64,000 nucleotides of DNA from positions 448,964 to 512,963 of the forward strand of contig NMRA01000235.1 of assembly GCA_002633005.1 (NCBI GenBank), read 5' to 3'. Origin of the DNA: Phoronis australis (taxonomy: Eukaryota > Animalia > Phoronida). A program made the translations under genes and the position numbers. Every line of letters starts with the position of its first letter. Within the stretch, counting starts at the first letter, position 1. The notes beneath the pieces are model-generated. The model was not told where the DNA came from, ran no database searches, and was given only the letters and a program-made list of their open reading frames with translations. Below, piece after piece: positions 60,512 to 64,000 of the stretch.

Positions 60512-62820
60512 AAACCTGTATCAACAAGTACAGCTAAAGACAGGACTGAGTGCATTGAAAATCGGGGCCATTGCCTAAATTTTTGCGACTGCCACAACTT
60601 CGCAGTAGCAAAATTTGTTCTGAAATTCGGTTTTTCGGTATCGAAATTCTAAAAACTTACAATGATGTGAAAACAACTCCGATAGTTTGTCGTGACGTGT
60701 ACCCAACCTCGTGAAAAAACAACAGTGGATTGAAGAATCTGCGTAAAAAGAAACTAGCCAATAGGTGACGCAATATTTCATGGCGCCGAAAGCCGTCGCT
60801 AAAGATCGTTCCACCACTTTAACAGCACTTTTAAATAATTTAGTTTACTTAAGGAAGACAGTAGTTTTTAATGACACCAATTTTGTTTTAAATTTTATCT
60901 TACCACTTTTTACCCACATCGGCAAACTGCTGTATATTAAGCAGACAGCTTTGTACCAAGGTTAGGAATTGTATTGCCAAGATAATTTGGTAAACAATTC
61001 CATTTTGTTTGCGACTGGTCATATCGGCAAATTAGTAAACAGAAAAAACATAACAGATTAATGAAGTACATATATGGTATAGAAACATGTGAAAGGAAAT
61101 TGGCAGCCTTTACCTTTTTTAAATTATTTTCGGTTAAATTGGACTACGTTTATCAAATTGAACAAGAACCAATTTACAAGTTGCATGCATTCAATATGGC
61201 GGAGTCTCCGGCAGGACGCATTTGTTTTAATCTGGAAGCGATAAATTAGCCTCGGTATGACGTTGCATCAATCACATTTCCTGTGACGTTATCATGCACA
61301 TTACTACATAAATTGTATAATGATATCCGCTTTTGCAACAAATTTCTCAGGTTAACCAGATGAACTGAAATATTTAGGCTATCCCGTCAAACTCCGAGGC
61401 TACGGGAATTGAAAGTGATATCTTGACAGTGATCGCGAGTGCATCTCCCGTTCATTGCATTCAAAATGCAAACTTCGAACTAAGAACTAGTTCTCTATTT
61501 CACTTTTAGTTAAACTGCACGTGAAGTAGCACACCTCAAGACTAAGTTAGCGTTAATTTGGTAATGTTGGTAATGTAAACTATCTCGACTTTAGTAAATC
61601 CAAACTTTGTAAGCTTTCAAATGTGAACGGTGTGAGATAAAATCTGTATTTTATGAACAGATAATCAATTCTTGTATCTATAATTTCCACAAACTCGTCA
61701 ACTTGCCTATTCTCTTTGGGGCGGAAAGCAAGCTATTTGTAACGTTGGTACATGTGGGCCTTGCCGAATCGACTCTCCTCATTACAAACAAGCACGGAAA
61801 AGCCACAGGATTTCACTGCCAGAGATGTTGCTTCTGCAAGTCAGAACGATTGGAGCTTGTGAAAATTGAACTGTCGTAGTGGCTCGAGGGAATTGTGGTC
61901 CGTTGTGCGAGAGGTTGTGTGTCGGGGTCAAGAGTGCAGAGGTCGTTTGGTTTGGGGATTGAGGGGGTCTAGGACAGTTTCCACTTAGTAGTGCCCATAA
62001 ATCAGTGGAAGTAACTTGCTCTGAAATCAGAAACCAATATTTTTGACTGGGAAAAAATTTGAAAATGAATTGCTCTCAGTTAAAATTTTGACAAGAGTTG
62101 CCGAGGGAAATAAGATACCCGCTCAGCAGAAGCGGATTTACGGGGGGGGGGGTTCAGGGGTTTTAAACACCCCCGAGAGACAGGGTCAAATTTAAAAATA
62201 AAGAACGAAATCAGCTACGCTGCGCGCCTCGTATTCCCGCGAACCCTAATCCCCTGACTGAAGACGTAGATCTGCCACTGTTCAGTATACATGTAACATA
62301 GCCGTGGACTCGAATAATGGGGCGCATTTTTACATGTAGCTGGGTTCTGTGAAAATTTCGAGGCTTTGAAAAGCTGTGTTCCAGAAAAAAAAAAACCTTT
62401 TACCCAAAGTGAACGCTTTTCGAGAAAATTAGCTCACAAATGGCACCATTTCGGGCAGAAATTGTCGTGAAAATGTATCACTTATGAGTGTCGCGTCTTG
62501 TGAATTTCGAGTATGGAGATACCCGTGTACCTGATGCGATGGGTTTCTTTTGTCCTGGCATCGATTGGACGTAATCATACTAATTGGCTATTGGAATTTA
62601 AACAATTCGATATTCGACCATGGATTTTAAAACCTGACGATGTACATTTCGATGGCAACGATGCCGAGATCCGAGCTTTTACCATAGTAAAATGATACTG
62701 TTAATCGCATTATGAGGTCAGTTTCAGAATATGACGATGGGTTTGTTTAAAAGGTAGCTATGCTTGAAGATTGTTCGTAGGTGGAGATAGAATGGTTAAA
62801 TCTAGAATTAATTTATTAAA

Positions 62821-63047
62821 TGAAAACCACTAATTGAACAAGTGAAAACCACTAATTGAACAAGTGAAAACCACTAATTGAACAAATGAAAACCACTAAT
62901 TGAACAAATGAAAACCACTAATTGAACAAATGAAAACCACTAATTGAACAAATGAAAACCACTAATTGAACAAATGAAAACCACTAATTGAACAAGTGAA
63001 AACCACTAATTGAACAAGTGAAAACCACTAATTGAACAAGTGAAAAC
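62821..63047. repeat. 22-bp minisatellite, 10 copies plus a partial copy
   Basis: TGAAAACCACTAATTGAACAA(G/A) head-to-tail, with no spacers. Confidence 0.97.
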
Positions 63048-63479
63048 TGTCGGGGCGCACATGCACATACACTCGTGCTTTGCCCATTCCCCGAGGCAAC
63101 GTCATGTCCCGCACCCCTATTGGTATCCTTGATCCGCAACTGCTACGCTAGAGACCTCTTTAAAGATTACTCAATCAATTAAAATAATCAAACGTCTTTT
63201 CTGCTATCCAAGCTGTAAGACTCTCCACTTGTTGAATGACAGTCCTGGTGGTGAATCTTCAAACTACACACAATGTATTGAGACATTGTACTTGCAACAC
63301 TTCCACGCAGTATATTTTACCCACGATTCCTCTCGCTGGTCACAGTCCCCTGTGACGTGACACTTGCAGGCAGTATCTTCTAAATACTATTCCTCTCGCT
63401 GGTCACAGACCCTAATGACGCACCACATACTCTATAGGCAGTATCTCACAACCCAGGATTCAAGTGATAAGCTTTTAGT

Positions 63480-64000
63480 TAACTTCTCAACTTGACAGTA
63501 AAAGGTGTTTCTGGCATCTAAAAAAAAACGGACACTCAAACAGAAAGTGTAGTTCAGTTTCGACCTGACCAGTGTGACAAAGACAGCAAATTCTGTCATC
63601 AAAATCTAAAGAACGAAAAACGCCCAACCTCAACCAATAGCTGTAGGGTTCCGGTCCTAATTTGAGCAAGAATTGACCTACTCGGCCGAGTTAAGTTTCA
63701 ATGCACGTAAGGCTCAACTTCAAAGACATTCTTCATCAAAACATAGGTTCTTAACTTTGGTTTCGAACGGCTTTCAAACAACCACCTATTACCGGCTAAA
63801 TCATGCAAAATATTATTACAGTGAGACAGATTAACTGAACGTAAGTTATGAAAACAATCCGAAATCCCTGATTCTTCAAAAATGCTCAAAACTTCAGAAG
63901 ACCAATTATTAGTACAAGTAGTGTAGTCCCACCAAAATATTCGGTGTGTTAGTCTATCATCCTCGAAAGCTCAATTTTCCGCCTAACACTGGGGAATTCC
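63480..64000 (-). mobile_element. LINE ORF2 C-terminal fragment (RTEX/L2-like); continues beyond the window
   Basis: SKPKLRTYVLMK..EPYV..ILAQIRTGTLQLLVEVGRF../DDRICCLCHTGQVETELHFLFECP (CCHC). Confidence 0.8.

Noticed and set aside
62821-63047. CRISPR-like array
   Set aside because: Units are contiguous with no unique spacers, there are no cas genes, and the context is eukaryotic.

Overview
AT-rich (~38% GC by eye), intron-rich eukaryotic DNA, most likely a marine invertebrate (species not determinable), with an 898-nt assembly gap at 47958-48855. Host genes lie on the minus strand. One is a reconstructable six-exon secreted protein (~284 aa; 21683->15012) with two kringle domains and a C-terminal Cys-bounded helix followed by G-RKKR. 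Upstream lies a two-WSC-domain gene (34872->30481) whose 5' part looks decayed; the two could also be spliced into one WSC-WSC-KR-KR transcript. The rest is dominated by transposon relics: an internally deleted Kolobok (THAP transposase plus KolX, 146-bp TIRs, TTAA TSD), a Sola3 nested in an Academ relic, solo LTRs, CR1/L2-like and RTEX-like LINE fragments and several MITEs. The most unusual structure is at 52.7-57.4 kb: a Penelope-like RT + GIY-YIG is joined head-to-tail to a HERO/R2-type RT + restriction-like endonuclease, whose stop codon overlaps a Penelope-type minimal hammerhead ribozyme motif. This is a candidate composite dual-RT retroelement. The window also shows direct evidence for recurrent TACATG insertions at TA sites. 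All calls are by eye, with no database searches.
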